In this document: piece after piece, positions 63,615-64,000 of the stretch
Layout: each line of letters begins with the position of its first letter
How positions within the stretch are numbered: the stretch's first letter is position 1
Source: Mobula hypostoma
Lineage: Eukaryota
Assembly: GCF_963921235.1 (NCBI RefSeq)
Contig: NC_086097.1
Location: forward strand, 123,630,001 to 123,694,000
DNA length: 64,000 nucleotides
Direction: 5' to 3'
The notes under the pieces: generated by a model
What the model was told of the DNA's origin: nothing
Databases searched by the model: none
The model's input: the letters and a program-made list of their open reading frames with translations, nothing else
Made by a program: the position numbers and the translations under genes

Positions 63615-64000
63615 TGAATTGAATTGATTTATTTCTTAATCCTTCATGTAAATGAGGAGTAAAAATCTTTATGTTGCGTCTCTGTCTGAATGTGCAATGT
63701 GCAAATTATAGTAATTTGGAATAAATAGTATGTACAGTAAGATATATAACAGAACAGTCAATATAGCTTAGAAATACAATTGTGTCAGTATGAATTAATG
63801 AGTCTGATAGCCTGGTGGAAGAAGCTGTCCCAGAGCCTGTTGGCCCTGGCTTTAATGCTGTGGTACCATTTCCTGGTTGGTACCAGCTGGAACAGTTTGT
63901 GGTTGGGGTGACTCGGGTCCCCATTGATCCTTTGAGCCCTTTTTATGCACCTGTCCCTGTAAATATCCTGAATAGTGGGAAGTTCACATCCACAGATGCA
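63615..64000 (-). mobile_element. Rex1/Babar-type LINE 3' end, running off the window
   Basis: (GAATT)n tail; GAAGAAGCTGTCCCAGAGCCTG motif. Confidence 0.7.

Noticed and set aside
52695..64000. TMX3 exon 4 (FYAPWCGHC)
   Set aside because: Not found by eye; TTTTATGCACC near 63941 lies in a LINE fragment and does not continue as WCGHC.

Overview
Eukaryotic, vertebrate-type genomic DNA. The repeat repertoire (CR1, Rex1/Babar, Penelope with hammerhead motifs, V-/Deu-type SINEs) suggests a cartilaginous fish, probably a ray; this is an inference. Most of the window is nested transposable elements, and nearly every ORF in the supplied track is TE-derived. The one recognisable host gene is not in the ORF track: the first three small coding exons of TMX3 (+ strand; 33238-33277, 33425-33479, 52655-52694), which splice to MAVAVRLVLLVCGATVFRTAAVSSFAIDLDDSFKENREDDTWLVD. 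Its promoter lies at about 33150-33240, and the CGHC exon 4 was not found in the window. TEs whose ends could be resolved: a Gmr1-like Gypsy LTR element (8189-13091, TSD TTTC) and a solo LTR (5557-6417, TSD GTAT); an L1 carrying a HERO-type RLE retrotransposon; a Tip100-like hAT inside a Tc1 MITE; two MITEs with 6-bp TSDs; an IR/DR Tc1; a Tigger/pogo with Penelope and L1 inserts; a near-intact full-length CR1; and many Penelope fragments with minimal hammerhead ribozyme motifs. I found no clearly new biological system. The best leads are the hammerhead-bearing Penelope mini-elements, the Gypsy with intact Gag and vestigial Pol, a candidate TMX3 poison exon, and a minisatellite derived from CR1 coding sequence. 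Coordinates of decayed repeats are approximate.
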